Shown: positions 29,208 to 39,408, numbered from the stretch's first letter. The stretch is DNA of 64,000 nt from a virus (IMGVR_UViG_3300032216_001891:32001-96000), one strand, 5' to 3'. Notes: generated by a model not told the origin, from the letters alone. Translations and numbers: made by a program.

Positions 29208-31199
29208 ATGAGCTATACTATTACCCAAACTGATGGAACAATAATATTACAGTTGCCCGATGGCACTGCTGATGGGCCAGACGTTAATCCTGGGTTGAAC
29301 AGAACTGACATCAACTTAATTGGCAAAAATTACGCCACCTATGGGTTGATACAAAATGAAAATTTTATAAAATTATTACAAAATTTTTCCTATGATACTC
29401 CGCCGTTGAATCCGTTAATTGGACAACTGTGGTATGATACATCTGATAGTTTTTTAAAAGTATATTCGGGTAGCGTATGGTCGGCAGTGAGTCCATTGAC
29501 AGTGGGCGACACCGCACCGTCGCCCGCAGTCACGGGTGCAGAATGGTGGGACACTGTAAATTATCAACTTAAAATGTTCAATGGCAGCAACTGGACCACC
29601 ATTGGTCCAGGTTATAGTTATTTAGATGGTATTTCTGGTGCCATAGTTGAATCTATATTAGACACTCTCAGTGCAACTCACGTTGTAATTAAAATGTACA
29701 TCAAAGGTGTAGTAACCAGTATCATCAGCAATGATGCGGCATTTACTCCGGCAGTGGCCTTGACCGGGTTCTCCACAATACAAACTGGTATCAACATGAG
29801 CACTGCTTGTTCGGGTATCTTTATTGGAACAGCAACCAACAGTCAAAATTTAGGCAACATTGCTCCTGCCAACTATGCAAGAAATGACATCACTTCGGTG
29901 TTTGCAGCAAACCTATACATTGGGGGCGGCAATCTTACATTTAAGTCAGCCACCAGTGGTGCCGCCTCCATCAGCAACCCGGTATTGAACGCCAATGTCA
30001 CTGTATACAACAATGTTGGCGGCGTAACGACACCAACATTAAATATCAATGGGGCAAATGGGTTGATAACAGTGGTGGGTGATCCTGTTTCTGCCAAAGG
30101 CGTCGCAACAAAGAACTATGTTGACAACAATATAGCCACAGCAGTGGCTCCACTGGCACCGTTGGATAGCCCGGTGTTGACGGGAACTCCAACTGCAACT
30201 ACAACTTTGATCACCGACAATAGCACTAGAATAGCAACCACAGCATTTACTCAGGCTACTATTGCAGATAGTTTACTTATTCTTTCACAATACGCAAGAA
30301 ACGACGTCAATTCCTCTTTTGCAGCCAATATCAACATTGGTGGAGGTAGATTGGTATTTAACTCGGCTGTTGGTAGTGCTTCCATCAGCAACACAGTATT
30401 GAACGCCAATGTTATTATATACAGCAATGTTGGTGGGACTAGTACACCAACACTAACTATTAATGGATCAACTGGATTAATCACAGTAGTGGGTGACCCC
30501 ACTACTAATTTTGGAGTAGCAACAAAAAAATATGTTGACGACAGCATAGGCACAGCAGTGGCTCCACTGGCACCGTTGGATAGCCCGGTGTTGACGGGAA
30601 CTCCAACTGCAACTACACCCGCAACTGTCAATGACAGCACTAGAATAGCAACCACAGCATTTACAAAAGCTGCCATTACAGACAGTTTAACCATTCTTTC
30701 CCAATACGCAAGAAACGACATTGATTCCTCTTTTGCAGCTAATATCAACATTGGTGGAGGTAAATTGACATTTAAATCAACTCCGAGCGGGATCGCTTCT
30801 ATTAATAATACTGTATTGAATGCCGGAGTTACTGTGTACAACAATGTTGGTGGGACTAGTACACCAACACTAACCATCAACGGATCAACCGGATTAATCA
30901 CAGTAGTGGGCAACCCCACCACTGAGTATGGAGTCGCAACAAAGAAATATGTTGACGATGGCATAAACAACGCAGTATCTCCATTAGCTCCAAAACTAGA
31001 TCCCTCGTTGACAGGAATTCCACTATCGACTACACCCGCAACTTCTGACGACAGCACTAGAATAGCAACCACAGCGTTTACAAAAGCTGCCATTGCTGCC
31101 AGTACACTGTCGCTATGGCAAGGCAGTCACCAATTTGTCAGCACTGTTACTCCCACAGCGTTAGATGGTGCAGTGGGAGATTTTTGGTTCCAAATCTAA
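29208..31199 (+). CDS. Tail fibre protein with three tandem ~138-aa repeats
   Basis: N-terminal LIGKNY..YG..QNENF.KLL.NF anchor, GQLWYD repeats, ATKxYVD and SPVLTGTPTA fibre motifs. Confidence 0.78.
   Translation: MSYTITQTDGTIILQLPDGTADGPDVNPGLNRTDINLIGKNYATYGLIQNENFIKLLQNFSYDTPPLNPLIGQLWYDTSDSFLKVYSGSVWSAVSPLTVGDTAPSPAVTGAEWWDTVNYQLKMFNGSNWTTIGPGYSYLDGISGAIVESILDTLSATHVVIKMYIKGVVTSIISNDAAFTPAVALTGFSTIQTGINMSTACSGIFIGTATNSQNLGNIAPANYARNDITSVFAANLYIGGGNLTFKSATSGAASISNPVLNANVTVYNNVGGVTTPTLNINGANGLITVVGDPVSAKGVATKNYVDNNIATAVAPLAPLDSPVLTGTPTATTTLITDNSTRIATTAFTQATIADSLLILSQYARNDVNSSFAANINIGGGRLVFNSAVGSASISNTVLNANVIIYSNVGGTSTPTLTINGSTGLITVVGDPTTNFGVATKKYVDDSIGTAVAPLAPLDSPVLTGTPTATTPATVNDSTRIATTAFTKAAITDSLTILSQYARNDIDSSFAANINIGGGKLTFKSTPSGIASINNTVLNAGVTVYNNVGGTSTPTLTINGSTGLITVVGNPTTEYGVATKKYVDDGINNAVSPLAPKLDPSLTGIPLSTTPATSDDSTRIATTAFTKAAIAASTLSLWQGSHQFVSTVTPTALDGAVGDFWFQI
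29874..31100 (+). repeat. Three intragenic tandem repeats (417/414 nt period)
   Basis: Units start at YARND codons 29874, 30291 and 30705; 67-bp identical block at 30137-30203 and 30551-30617. Confidence 0.9.
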
Positions 31200-31202
31200 C
31201 CT

Positions 31203-33161
31203 ATGACCTATTTACCATACGGACTAACTAGAATCAAACAAGGTTCCACATGGAAGCCCTTAAGAAGCCTTTGGTATAAAAACTCTGCGGGCACCTGGAC
31301 GCCAGTAAAAACAGCATGGACCAAAAGATCTGATGGAGTATGGGAAAGAATTTATCCTACACCCGCCGGTGTCAACACTGTGACCACTGCTCCTATTGCA
31401 GTAGAAGTATACCAAAATTGGTATCCGGCTGTAAAATTTATAGATTTTGTCAATACCGGCGATAGAGCGTTGACCATTGCCAATGTTGTTGCTTACGACG
31501 GTGCAAAAACCAGCACCACGTTGACCCTATCGGGCATGAACGGTGGTGTACCTTATACCATGGGCGTTGGTGGCACCGGATATCTCGAGGCTAAAATTTA
31601 TGGTACTGTGCTGGGAACCAGCACAGGTAATATCACCTTTGTCAACGATGTTGGGTATTTTGGTTCTGATGGTAATGTTGCTTACTGGCCCGGCAATCGA
31701 ACTGTGATTCCCATTACCACCACAGTATTGCCCGGTTATAGCGATATCACTACTAATCCCGGTGCTGGTAAAGAGTACATCTACTACCAAGGTAAGTCTT
31801 ACTCGGGTCTATGGAACATTGAACTCACCAACATCGGTCAAGGTGCCAATCTTGTAGTGTCCAGCGTCACATCTGGCGGCTACATAGGAGTTGATAATTT
31901 TGCTGGTACTATTGGCTTTAATCCCAACAGTGTCAGCGTGCCTATTACCCTTGCCAATTTAAAAGCTGGTACATACCAAGATCAAATTGTTGTCAATAGC
32001 AACGCACGTGACAAAAATACATACGCTGTTCCGGTTACTCTTACTGTAAGGGCTGCTCACGGTGAGCAGACCTTTCTTGCACCTGGCCTACATTCTTGGA
32101 CTGTGCCCGAGGGAGTATTAAGTATCAATGTTTGGGCATTGGGCGGTGGCGGGGGCGGTGGCGGTAATGACGCCTATGCCGGACATGCTGGATATACAGG
32201 ACATTTGATCTACGGACCTCTGAATGTGGTACCCGGAGACGTTTTGACATTTTATGTCGGTGGCGGCGGACAAGGCGGATATATGAGCTATAGTTCTCCC
32301 GTGGGCAGTGGGCCCGGGGGACAAGGTGGTAGCACATACGATGGCGGTGGTGGTGGTAATGCTGGGCCAATTGGTAGAAGTGGTGGTGGTGGCGGTGGTG
32401 GTGCTGCCACTGTTATATTAAAAAATGGATCGCTTGTGGCTGTGGCTGCAGGCGGCGGTGGTGGTGGTGGCGGTGGACGGAGCAGTGCCGGAAGAGGCAG
32501 ATCCGGATACAGTTCAAGCGGTAGTACTGCAGGTAGTGCAGGACAAGGCCACCCCTGGGATGGCGGCGGAGGCGGCGGCGGCGGTGGTGGATACTTGGGC
32601 GGTTCTGGTGGTGGATTGCCGGGCGGAGACGAAGGTGCTTATTCCGGCAGCGATGGTGCTGACTTAGTGCCCGGCGGATGGGGTCAATCGGGACAAAGTG
32701 GAGACAGTGGCTGGTATGCCACCGGTAATCAAGCACCGGGTTTTTGGAACAATTTCTTATCAACCTACGGTATATGGATTGGTGGCATCAGTGATGCTAC
32801 TACATTGAGTTATAGCACTACTTTAAATTTCCCACAGTCGGGATCTTACACCTTTAATTTATCGATTGACAATCTAGGTGATTTAACAGTGGACGGAGTT
32901 TCAATGGTAACCAGCGGTCTCGATGATAGAGAAGGATGGAGAAGTGTCAGTTCTGAATCAGTTTACATCTCTGCCGGAAGCCATACTGTGACTGTGACTG
33001 GTACCAATGATGGGGGCCCTGGCGGCATCGCAGCTCAAATCATAAATCCCAACGGTACAGAATTATGGAATACCCTGAGAGCATTAGATACCGGCACCAA
33101 TTACAACGGTGGTGCAACTGCGGCATCAAGTAGCGGTGGTTATATATACTTTTCGTGGTAA
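31203..33161 (+). CDS. Putative fibre-tip adhesin: Trp-rich N-terminus, Ig-like domains, Gly-rich domain, PA14-like domain
   Basis: WKP..WYK..WTPVK.AW; polyG runs; FPQSGSYTFNLSIDN...AGSHTVTV. Confidence 0.65.
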   Translation: MTYLPYGLTRIKQGSTWKPLRSLWYKNSAGTWTPVKTAWTKRSDGVWERIYPTPAGVNTVTTAPIAVEVYQNWYPAVKFIDFVNTGDRALTIANVVAYDGAKTSTTLTLSGMNGGVPYTMGVGGTGYLEAKIYGTVLGTSTGNITFVNDVGYFGSDGNVAYWPGNRTVIPITTTVLPGYSDITTNPGAGKEYIYYQGKSYSGLWNIELTNIGQGANLVVSSVTSGGYIGVDNFAGTIGFNPNSVSVPITLANLKAGTYQDQIVVNSNARDKNTYAVPVTLTVRAAHGEQTFLAPGLHSWTVPEGVLSINVWALGGGGGGGGNDAYAGHAGYTGHLIYGPLNVVPGDVLTFYVGGGGQGGYMSYSSPVGSGPGGQGGSTYDGGGGGNAGPIGRSGGGGGGGAATVILKNGSLVAVAAGGGGGGGGGRSSAGRGRSGYSSSGSTAGSAGQGHPWDGGGGGGGGGGYLGGSGGGLPGGDEGAYSGSDGADLVPGGWGQSGQSGDSGWYATGNQAPGFWNNFLSTYGIWIGGISDATTLSYSTTLNFPQSGSYTFNLSIDNLGDLTVDGVSMVTSGLDDREGWRSVSSESVYISAGSHTVTVTGTNDGGPGGIAAQIINPNGTELWNTLRALDTGTNYNGGATAASSSGGYIYFSW

Positions 33162-33164
33162 ATA
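33157..33164 (+). promoter_or_regulatory. Late promoter GGTAAATA overlapping a stop codon
   Basis: TAAATA core 21 nt before the 33186 ATG. Confidence 0.5.
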
Positions 33165-33185
33165 ACAATAATATGGAAATTTTCT

Positions 33186-34571
33186 ATGGCGTATAGTCTA
33201 AAAAAAACAAACGGTTCTACTCTACTAAACTTAGCTGATGGTGTAGCCAACGGCCCAGACGTTGATGTCAACACTGCGGTTGCCAGTGTTAATTTAATTG
33301 GAAAAAACAAATCCAGTTATGGTTTTTATTTAAACGAAAATTTCATAAAACTATTAGAAAATTTTGCCTACAGTATTGCTCCTGTTAGCCCAATCACAGG
33401 ACAAATTTGGTGGGACACCACCAATTCTGTGTTAAAAGTTTACAACGGCACAGCATGGAAAGAAATAGCACATTCGGCCTCGGGCAGTACCAGTCCAAGC
33501 AATGCTATTTCTGGTGATCTTTGGTGGAATTCCACAGCCAGCACATTGAATGTATACAGTGGAAGCTCTTGGATCACCATTGGTCCAGCTATTCCTCCAG
33601 GTGCAGCTGTGACACAATTCATAAACAATGCTTTGACAGACCCGCTGGCAGCGATACATAATGTGGGCAATGTTGTTGTCAACAACAAACTTGCAGCAGT
33701 GGTCAGCACAGAGTCAACCGCATTCACTGTGTCAACACCAGTATTGGGGCAAACTACAATAGCACCAGGATTTATTATAGATAAAAATCTTGTTGTTGGT
33801 GGCAACATTTCCAGCACCGGTATTTCCAGTTTGTCGACTATTAATGCCACCACTGTCAACGCCAGTACCGTAAATGCTGCTACAATTGGTAACTCGGGCG
33901 CCACACTAACGGGTACAATAAGCACTGCAAGTCAAACCAACATTACATCACTTGGTACATTGTCCGGACTAACCATAGCCGGTGATCTCCGCAGTTACCG
34001 TACTCCTGGAACAACGGGTGTGGTATATTTGTCAAGCAGCAATTCCTACTACTTGTATTGGGATGGCACAAACTACAACATGCCCGGCGGTAATTGGTTA
34101 CCCAGTGCTGCTGGCACTTATAATTTGGGTAGTCCCACACAATATTTCAATACACTATACGGTAAATCAACTTCAGCACTATACGCTGACTTGGCAGAAA
34201 GATTTGCAGCAGATCAACCCATGTCGCCTGGTACTGTAGTGGCATTGGGCGGGACCGCGGAAATCACAGTGGAGGATCAAGAATTAAGCGAAACTGTGTT
34301 TGGGGTCATAAGTACTCAAGCAGCTTATTTAATGAATGCCACAGCAGGAACAGACGCGACTCATCCCGCTGTAGCGGTGCAAGGTCGGGTGCCTGTTCAA
34401 GTCACAGGCATAATACACAAGGGTGACAGATTGGTTTCGGCTGGAAATGGTCGAGCACGTGCTGGTGCACGTGATGAAATTACCGCATGGAACGTCATAG
34501 GCCGTGCATTGGTTGACAAACTGGATTTGGGCCCGGGCGTTATTGAAGCTATAGTACAATTAAATTCGTAA
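33186..34571 (+). CDS. Second tail fibre; N-terminus paralogous to 29208, C-terminal intramolecular-chaperone (peptidase G2-like) domain
   Basis: LIGKN..YG..LNENF.KLLENF; YADLAERF...PGTVV...GRVPVQV...KGDRLVS. Confidence 0.72.
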   Translation: MAYSLKKTNGSTLLNLADGVANGPDVDVNTAVASVNLIGKNKSSYGFYLNENFIKLLENFAYSIAPVSPITGQIWWDTTNSVLKVYNGTAWKEIAHSASGSTSPSNAISGDLWWNSTASTLNVYSGSSWITIGPAIPPGAAVTQFINNALTDPLAAIHNVGNVVVNNKLAAVVSTESTAFTVSTPVLGQTTIAPGFIIDKNLVVGGNISSTGISSLSTINATTVNASTVNAATIGNSGATLTGTISTASQTNITSLGTLSGLTIAGDLRSYRTPGTTGVVYLSSSNSYYLYWDGTNYNMPGGNWLPSAAGTYNLGSPTQYFNTLYGKSTSALYADLAERFAADQPMSPGTVVALGGTAEITVEDQELSETVFGVISTQAAYLMNATAGTDATHPAVAVQGRVPVQVTGIIHKGDRLVSAGNGRARAGARDEITAWNVIGRALVDKLDLGPGVIEAIVQLNS

Positions 34572-34580
34572 GGAATAAAA

Positions 34581-35480
34581 ATGACGTATGCATCGGGCGG
34601 CTTGATTCAAGCCGCAGATTATAATAACTTTATAAATGGCTCAAATCAGTTAAACACTGTTTGGAGCACTGGATCGGGAGCTGTTGGCTATGGTCAAACT
34701 GCACTATCCACTGTGTCGGCCGGCGGTGTAGTGACAGCTGCTCAGTGGGCTTCCTTGATCAACACATTGAACAATGTTAGAATACATCAAACTGCATCAG
34801 GTTCGGGCATCAGTGCCACAACTGCTGGCTCTCGCATAGACTATTTAAGTACCCTTGCTTCACAAATCAACTCGGCATACTCCAGTGCAGCCTCGTACTA
34901 TGCACAAGGAACCACTATAACTGGATCAACATTTAGTCTAGCGGTTTCAAGTACCACAGGTGTTAATACCTATGTGGATCGTACTGTATCTTTTGCTACT
35001 ACTCAAGCTGCTAGATATTTTTTCAATGCCGGCGGACAACTGACTCTGGTAGTAGGCACCAACACCAGTAATGGATCGGGCTCCAGTTCAAGTTTGGCAA
35101 GATTAATCACAGGATTGGGCGGAGTCACAGTGAGAAACACCACCAACACCGGCAGGTCGGGTACAGGTATTACATTAAACACCAATAATACTGCGTTTGG
35201 ATATAGAAATATTGTCTACGCAACCAATACCCCTATTATACAGGTAACAGATACAGGCGCGGCCTACACAGCCGATGCTGCGTCAATTGGCTTGTATACC
35301 AACAGCAATGACACTACCTCGGGTGCAAATGGATACCAAGTTAATTTTAGAATTGCCTATTATGTGGCAGACCACACTTGGGACGACACAATAAGTTTGA
35401 ATCTCACCAGTAGAGTGGATATTACTCCTCCAGAATCCACATATTTAACCAATGTGTGGGGCACTCCCACTATAGGCTAA
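34581..35480 (+). CDS. Virion structural protein
   Basis: Ser/Thr/Gly-rich, GYGQ and ARYFFNAGG motifs; AAGGA SD; last gene of the tail module. Confidence 0.55.
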   Translation: MTYASGGLIQAADYNNFINGSNQLNTVWSTGSGAVGYGQTALSTVSAGGVVTAAQWASLINTLNNVRIHQTASGSGISATTAGSRIDYLSTLASQINSAYSSAASYYAQGTTITGSTFSLAVSSTTGVNTYVDRTVSFATTQAARYFFNAGGQLTLVVGTNTSNGSGSSSSLARLITGLGGVTVRNTTNTGRSGTGITLNTNNTAFGYRNIVYATNTPIIQVTDTGAAYTADAASIGLYTNSNDTTSGANGYQVNFRIAYYVADHTWDDTISLNLTSRVDITPPESTYLTNVWGTPTIG

Positions 35481-35498
35481 TCGGATCAACCAAAAGTA

Positions 35499-35527
35499 TT
35501 GATTCCTTTGGCTTTTTCTGCTATAAT
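35499..35527 (+). promoter_or_regulatory. Sigma70-like promoter at head of the modification cluster
   Basis: TTGATT-17 nt-TATAAT with TGn extension; ATG 6 nt downstream of the -10. Confidence 0.75.
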
Positions 35528-35533
35528 TTCACT

Positions 35534-35881
35534 ATGAATGAAATTGAAAAACTCACCAGCGAAGTTCGTCGAGCAACTGACTATCAAATCAATAGGCAAA
35601 TTTTACGTGAAAAGATCTTAACTGATCTGCATGTACCATTCAATGGTGGGCTATTTTTGGTAACACAGGAATTAATTGCTTTTGTGTATGCCTGGCAGGG
35701 CACACAGGACATTTGGCCGTGGGACGGAGGTCAAGACATGTATATTGAAGATGTTTATCACAATCCCATACACATCGCCGATCGTAAAGAATTTTATAAA
35801 ATTATTTGCCAACACTATCAACAAGTGATGAACACATGGCACCAACAACATGCACACCTTAAAAAAATACGAAAAATCTAG
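35534..35881 (+). CDS. Hypothetical protein
   Basis: MNEIEKL start; overlaps the next gene. Confidence 0.65.
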   Translation: MNEIEKLTSEVRRATDYQINRQILREKILTDLHVPFNGGLFLVTQELIAFVYAWQGTQDIWPWDGGQDMYIEDVYHNPIHIADRKEFYKIICQHYQQVMNTWHQQHAHLKKIRKI

Positions 35882-36674
35882 AGGAGTAGTGGTATTTGCA
35901 TTCAACACTGCTACAGTGGATTATGTTGCCATAGCAGATTGCTCTAGTAGATTAACTACACAGCATTTACAGTTGCCCATTACACTGATCACTGACCACT
36001 CTGCTGACCCCAAATTTGCATACGATGAAATCATAAGAATTGATGCCATTGCCGGCAATGTTCGCAACGACTTGAACAATCGTTCAGTGGAATGGCGTAA
36101 TTTTGGTAGATACCTGGCATACCAACTATCGCCCTATGATGAAACTGTGTTGTTGGATACCGATTATCTAGTGCTGGACCACAGCATATCAAAACTGTGG
36201 AGTACAGAATTTGATTACCAATTGATGCATGTGAATAGAACAGCAAAGGGCATAGACGCCAGCGTCATGGGAGTGAATTCTTTGCCATTTGTTTGGGCCA
36301 CTGTGGTGCTATTTAGACGCAGTGAACGTGCTAGACTGTTTTTTGATTTAATCGGACGTGTACAAAGAAACTATTCTTACTACAAACAGTTGTACAGTAT
36401 ACACGAGACAAGTTATAGAAATGATTATGCTTTTGCCATAGCCAATATAATATTGAACGGGTACACAGTGAATGCATTGCAAGGCATTCCTTGGAGCATG
36501 TTCACAGTGGATGAGAAGATAGAACGGATGACGCTGGCGGATTCGCAAATTAGAATTCACCACCGAGACTACGCAATAGTTGTACCTCGCAGTAATATAC
36601 ATGTCATGGATAAAGAATATTTACAAAGCGATGATTTTCAACAACTAGTGGAGACTGTGTGTGAGTCGGCATAA
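35850..36674 (+). CDS. Glycosyltransferase, GT-A fold (GT8-like)
   Basis: LSPYDETVLLDTDYLV DxD motif; RNDYAF. Confidence 0.7.
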   Translation: MHTLKKYEKSRGVVVFAFNTATVDYVAIADCSSRLTTQHLQLPITLITDHSADPKFAYDEIIRIDAIAGNVRNDLNNRSVEWRNFGRYLAYQLSPYDETVLLDTDYLVLDHSISKLWSTEFDYQLMHVNRTAKGIDASVMGVNSLPFVWATVVLFRRSERARLFFDLIGRVQRNYSYYKQLYSIHETSYRNDYAFAIANIILNGYTVNALQGIPWSMFTVDEKIERMTLADSQIRIHHRDYAIVVPRSNIHVMDKEYLQSDDFQQLVETVCESA

Positions 36675-37512
36675 AGAACAGCAGGGATTCGTTACCTTTG
36701 CACAAAATACACAAGATGTAAATTACCTAGAACTGGCCTACCTACAGTGCTTGAATGTCAAGGCCACACAAAAGAACAACAGTTATGCTGTCATAGTGGA
36801 TGCTAAAACTCGTGCTCTAGTAGAAGACCGTCACTGCAACACTTTTGATTACATTGTTGAGCTGCCACAGGATTACGATGAGGTCTACGGCAACGGAAAA
36901 TTTGCCAATGAGTGCCAAGTGTTTACTCTTACTCCGTTTAAAGAAACTGTCAAGTTGGAAAGCGATCTGTTGTTTACACGAAGCATAGATCACTGGTGGA
37001 CCGCATTTAGATTACGCGATGTTTGTCTCAGCACCGGTGCTAAAAACTATCGCGGCATAATATCTGGTGTAAGAAAATATCGACAGTTGTTTGATGAAAA
37101 TAATTTACCCGATGTGTACAACGGCTTGATGTATTTTAGATATTCAAGACAGGCCGCAGATTTTTTCAACACAGCTCAATTAATTTCACAGCATTGGGAA
37201 TTTTATCAAGAGCAATTGAAGAACTGCAACGATGAAACCCCCAGCACAGATGTGATATACGCCATTGCCGCATTGACAGTGGGCACAGACTCTGTCACCA
37301 TGCCCACCATGGACTTTATAAATTTTGTACACATGAAGTCGGGCTTCAACGGCTGGAGTGACGCACAAAGTTGGTTAGACACAGTGGTGCATGAACGTGA
37401 CGGAGATGTTGTACGTATTAATAATTTGAATCAATATCATCCTGTACACTATCATGACAAAACCTACGCTACTAGAGAGTTAACAGAATATTATGAATCA
37501 AGAAGAACGTGA
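36661..37512 (+). CDS. Glycosyltransferase, GT-A fold (GT8-like), paralog of previous gene
   Basis: LTPFKETVKLESDLLF (ExD), YNGLMYF, STDVIYA, FVHMK. Confidence 0.68.
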   Translation: MSRHKEQQGFVTFAQNTQDVNYLELAYLQCLNVKATQKNNSYAVIVDAKTRALVEDRHCNTFDYIVELPQDYDEVYGNGKFANECQVFTLTPFKETVKLESDLLFTRSIDHWWTAFRLRDVCLSTGAKNYRGIISGVRKYRQLFDENNLPDVYNGLMYFRYSRQAADFFNTAQLISQHWEFYQEQLKNCNDETPSTDVIYAIAALTVGTDSVTMPTMDFINFVHMKSGFNGWSDAQSWLDTVVHERDGDVVRINNLNQYHPVHYHDKTYATRELTEYYESRRT

Positions 37513-37852
37513 TTTTTGGGCGGAAGTCGAAAGTTTAATCTGCCCTGCTCCTGCGGTTGAAATTGAATATAGATTGCACTACAACGAATCAGGTGAGATC
37601 GTCATGTGCAGCATGGTGGATCATCCCGAAACCTCTGCCCACGTTGTGGTATCAAAAGACGAATACGAACGTTACTTTGATTATTGTGTAGTCAAAGGGC
37701 AATTGACAAAGATAGACAAAAGTGCCAGCTATAGTGTAAAATTAACTAAATCCACTGCCGGCAGCCGGACAGTGAAAAACCACGCTGGCATTGTTTTAGA
37801 GCCGGGCGAATCCTACACAGAAACAGAATATTATGACCACAGAAATCATTGA
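37493..37852 (+). CDS. Hypothetical protein
   Basis: 119-aa ORF overlapping both neighbours. Confidence 0.6.
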   Translation: MNQEERDFWAEVESLICPAPAVEIEYRLHYNESGEIVMCSMVDHPETSAHVVVSKDEYERYFDYCVVKGQLTKIDKSASYSVKLTKSTAGSRTVKNHAGIVLEPGESYTETEYYDHRNH

Positions 37853-38735
37853 TGTTGCAGATTTAGACTGCATTTTTTTAACCTATGATGAGCCCAACCG
37901 AGAAATCAATTGGATTCGAATCCAAAACATGATACCATGGGCAAAACGAGTGGACGGAGTCAAGGGATCAGATGCAGCACACAAGGCCGCTGCTAGAGCC
38001 AGCGATACTGATCGTTTTATATTAATTGACGGCGACAACATTCCCGATCCTGATTTTTTTAATTTACAGTTGGCACTCAACGATGCCAATCGAGACTGTG
38101 TATTTAGATGGCGGGCTAGAAATCACATCAATGGACTCATGTACGGCAACGGTGGCGTCAGCTGTTGGACACAAGAGTTTGTGGAGACTATGTGTACACA
38201 CGAGGCCACTGATGGTGCCGCAGAAAATGATGTGGAGTTTTGTTTTTACCCCAATTATTGGGCTATGTCGGACTGCTATTCAACCACTTACCCCAATGCC
38301 TCACCATTTCAAGCATGGCGAGCTGGATTTCGTGAAGGTGTTAAAATGTGCTTGGATCGTGGTGCCAAACCCAGCTTGCAAGAATTTGAACGCCGGGTAC
38401 ACAATCGTAACTATGATCATTTGTGCATATGGCAAACGGTAGGCCTTGATGTTGACAACGGTTTTTATAGTATATTGGGTGCTAGAACAGGTACTTACAT
38501 GACCATGCTGACCGATTGGGATTATAAAAAAGTGCAGGATTTTTCTGTATTAGAAAAAATTTGGGAAAACAACAGCAAGGAAGATCAAGATGCTGATCGT
38601 TGCAGTGAACTAGGAGACATACTACGTCGCAAATTGGGATTGCCTATTGTAGACCTGTCGGCAGAGGCCAGCAGATTCTTTAAACATCATTACAAATCGC
38701 AGTTTAAAAATTTGGGACCAATGGTTCGTGAATAA
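37833..38735 (+). CDS. Glycosyltransferase-like protein, GT-A fold
   Basis: RVDGVKGSDAAHKAAA..FILIDGDN (DxD), AWRAGFRE; similar to the C-terminal domain of 53949. Confidence 0.65.
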   Translation: MTTEIIDVADLDCIFLTYDEPNREINWIRIQNMIPWAKRVDGVKGSDAAHKAAARASDTDRFILIDGDNIPDPDFFNLQLALNDANRDCVFRWRARNHINGLMYGNGGVSCWTQEFVETMCTHEATDGAAENDVEFCFYPNYWAMSDCYSTTYPNASPFQAWRAGFREGVKMCLDRGAKPSLQEFERRVHNRNYDHLCIWQTVGLDVDNGFYSILGARTGTYMTMLTDWDYKKVQDFSVLEKIWENNSKEDQDADRCSELGDILRRKLGLPIVDLSAEASRFFKHHYKSQFKNLGPMVRE

Positions 38736-39408
38736 ACCTACTGTAATTGCTTTTTATCCTGGAGCCGGGGGTAATCGTTATCTTAGATATCTTACAGGTA
38801 AAGAATACCTAACCCCTGATATAACATATGATAATAAGTTCACAGATCAAAAATTTGAATTTAGGTATCTATTAGAAAAAGTAAAAGTAAATCAAGAATT
38901 TATACTAACACATTGTTTAAATTATTCTCACATCAATGAACAGTTAAATCCTAAAAAAGTAATTATGATAAATTCTGATTTTAAAAAAAGTCTAAGAAGA
39001 GAGTGGTGGTTGAATGGTAATAACTTATACAAACAAAAAGTACAATTAGTAAATCAAGATTGTATGTTGACTACTTATAATAATATTAAAGATCCAAATT
39101 GGCCTAATATTTTGACAGTTGAGGACATGCTTCCTGACCATAAAAAAGAAACAATGGAAAAGATGTCAAAATACAATGTACCAGAAGAATTAAATTCTGC
39201 TTGGGCAACTGTCAGCTGGCATCATGCATACTATGAAAAATATCCAGTTGAGTTGGGATACGCTGAAATTGCCAATGATCAAGAATTTGTAAATTTTATG
39301 GAATATGAATTAAACAAATATGATAATGAATACTTTAATTTTAGTTGGGATATATTTAATCGGTATGGACCAAACGCAACTATAAACGAGTTATATCTTG
39401 ACAAATAA
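38728..39408 (+). CDS. AT-rich hypothetical protein, possibly sulfotransferase-like P-loop
   Basis: N-terminal IAFYPGAGGNRY loop; YNNIKDPNWP motif; visibly low GC. Confidence 0.5.
   Translation: MNKPTVIAFYPGAGGNRYLRYLTGKEYLTPDITYDNKFTDQKFEFRYLLEKVKVNQEFILTHCLNYSHINEQLNPKKVIMINSDFKKSLRREWWLNGNNLYKQKVQLVNQDCMLTTYNNIKDPNWPNILTVEDMLPDHKKETMEKMSKYNVPEELNSAWATVSWHHAYYEKYPVELGYAEIANDQEFVNFMEYELNKYDNEYFNFSWDIFNRYGPNATINELYLDK

Noticed and set aside
30251-31093. 280-aa antisense ORF
   Set aside because: Shadow of the repeated tail-fibre gene; it mirrors the same repeats and has no independent signals.
29208-34571. Diversity-generating retroelement acting on the fibres
   Set aside because: No reverse transcriptase in the window, and repeat differences are not adenine-specific.
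35490-35518. Intrinsic terminator after the tail module
   Set aside because: The stem is weak and imperfect, and the sequence is better explained by the overlapping sigma70 promoter.
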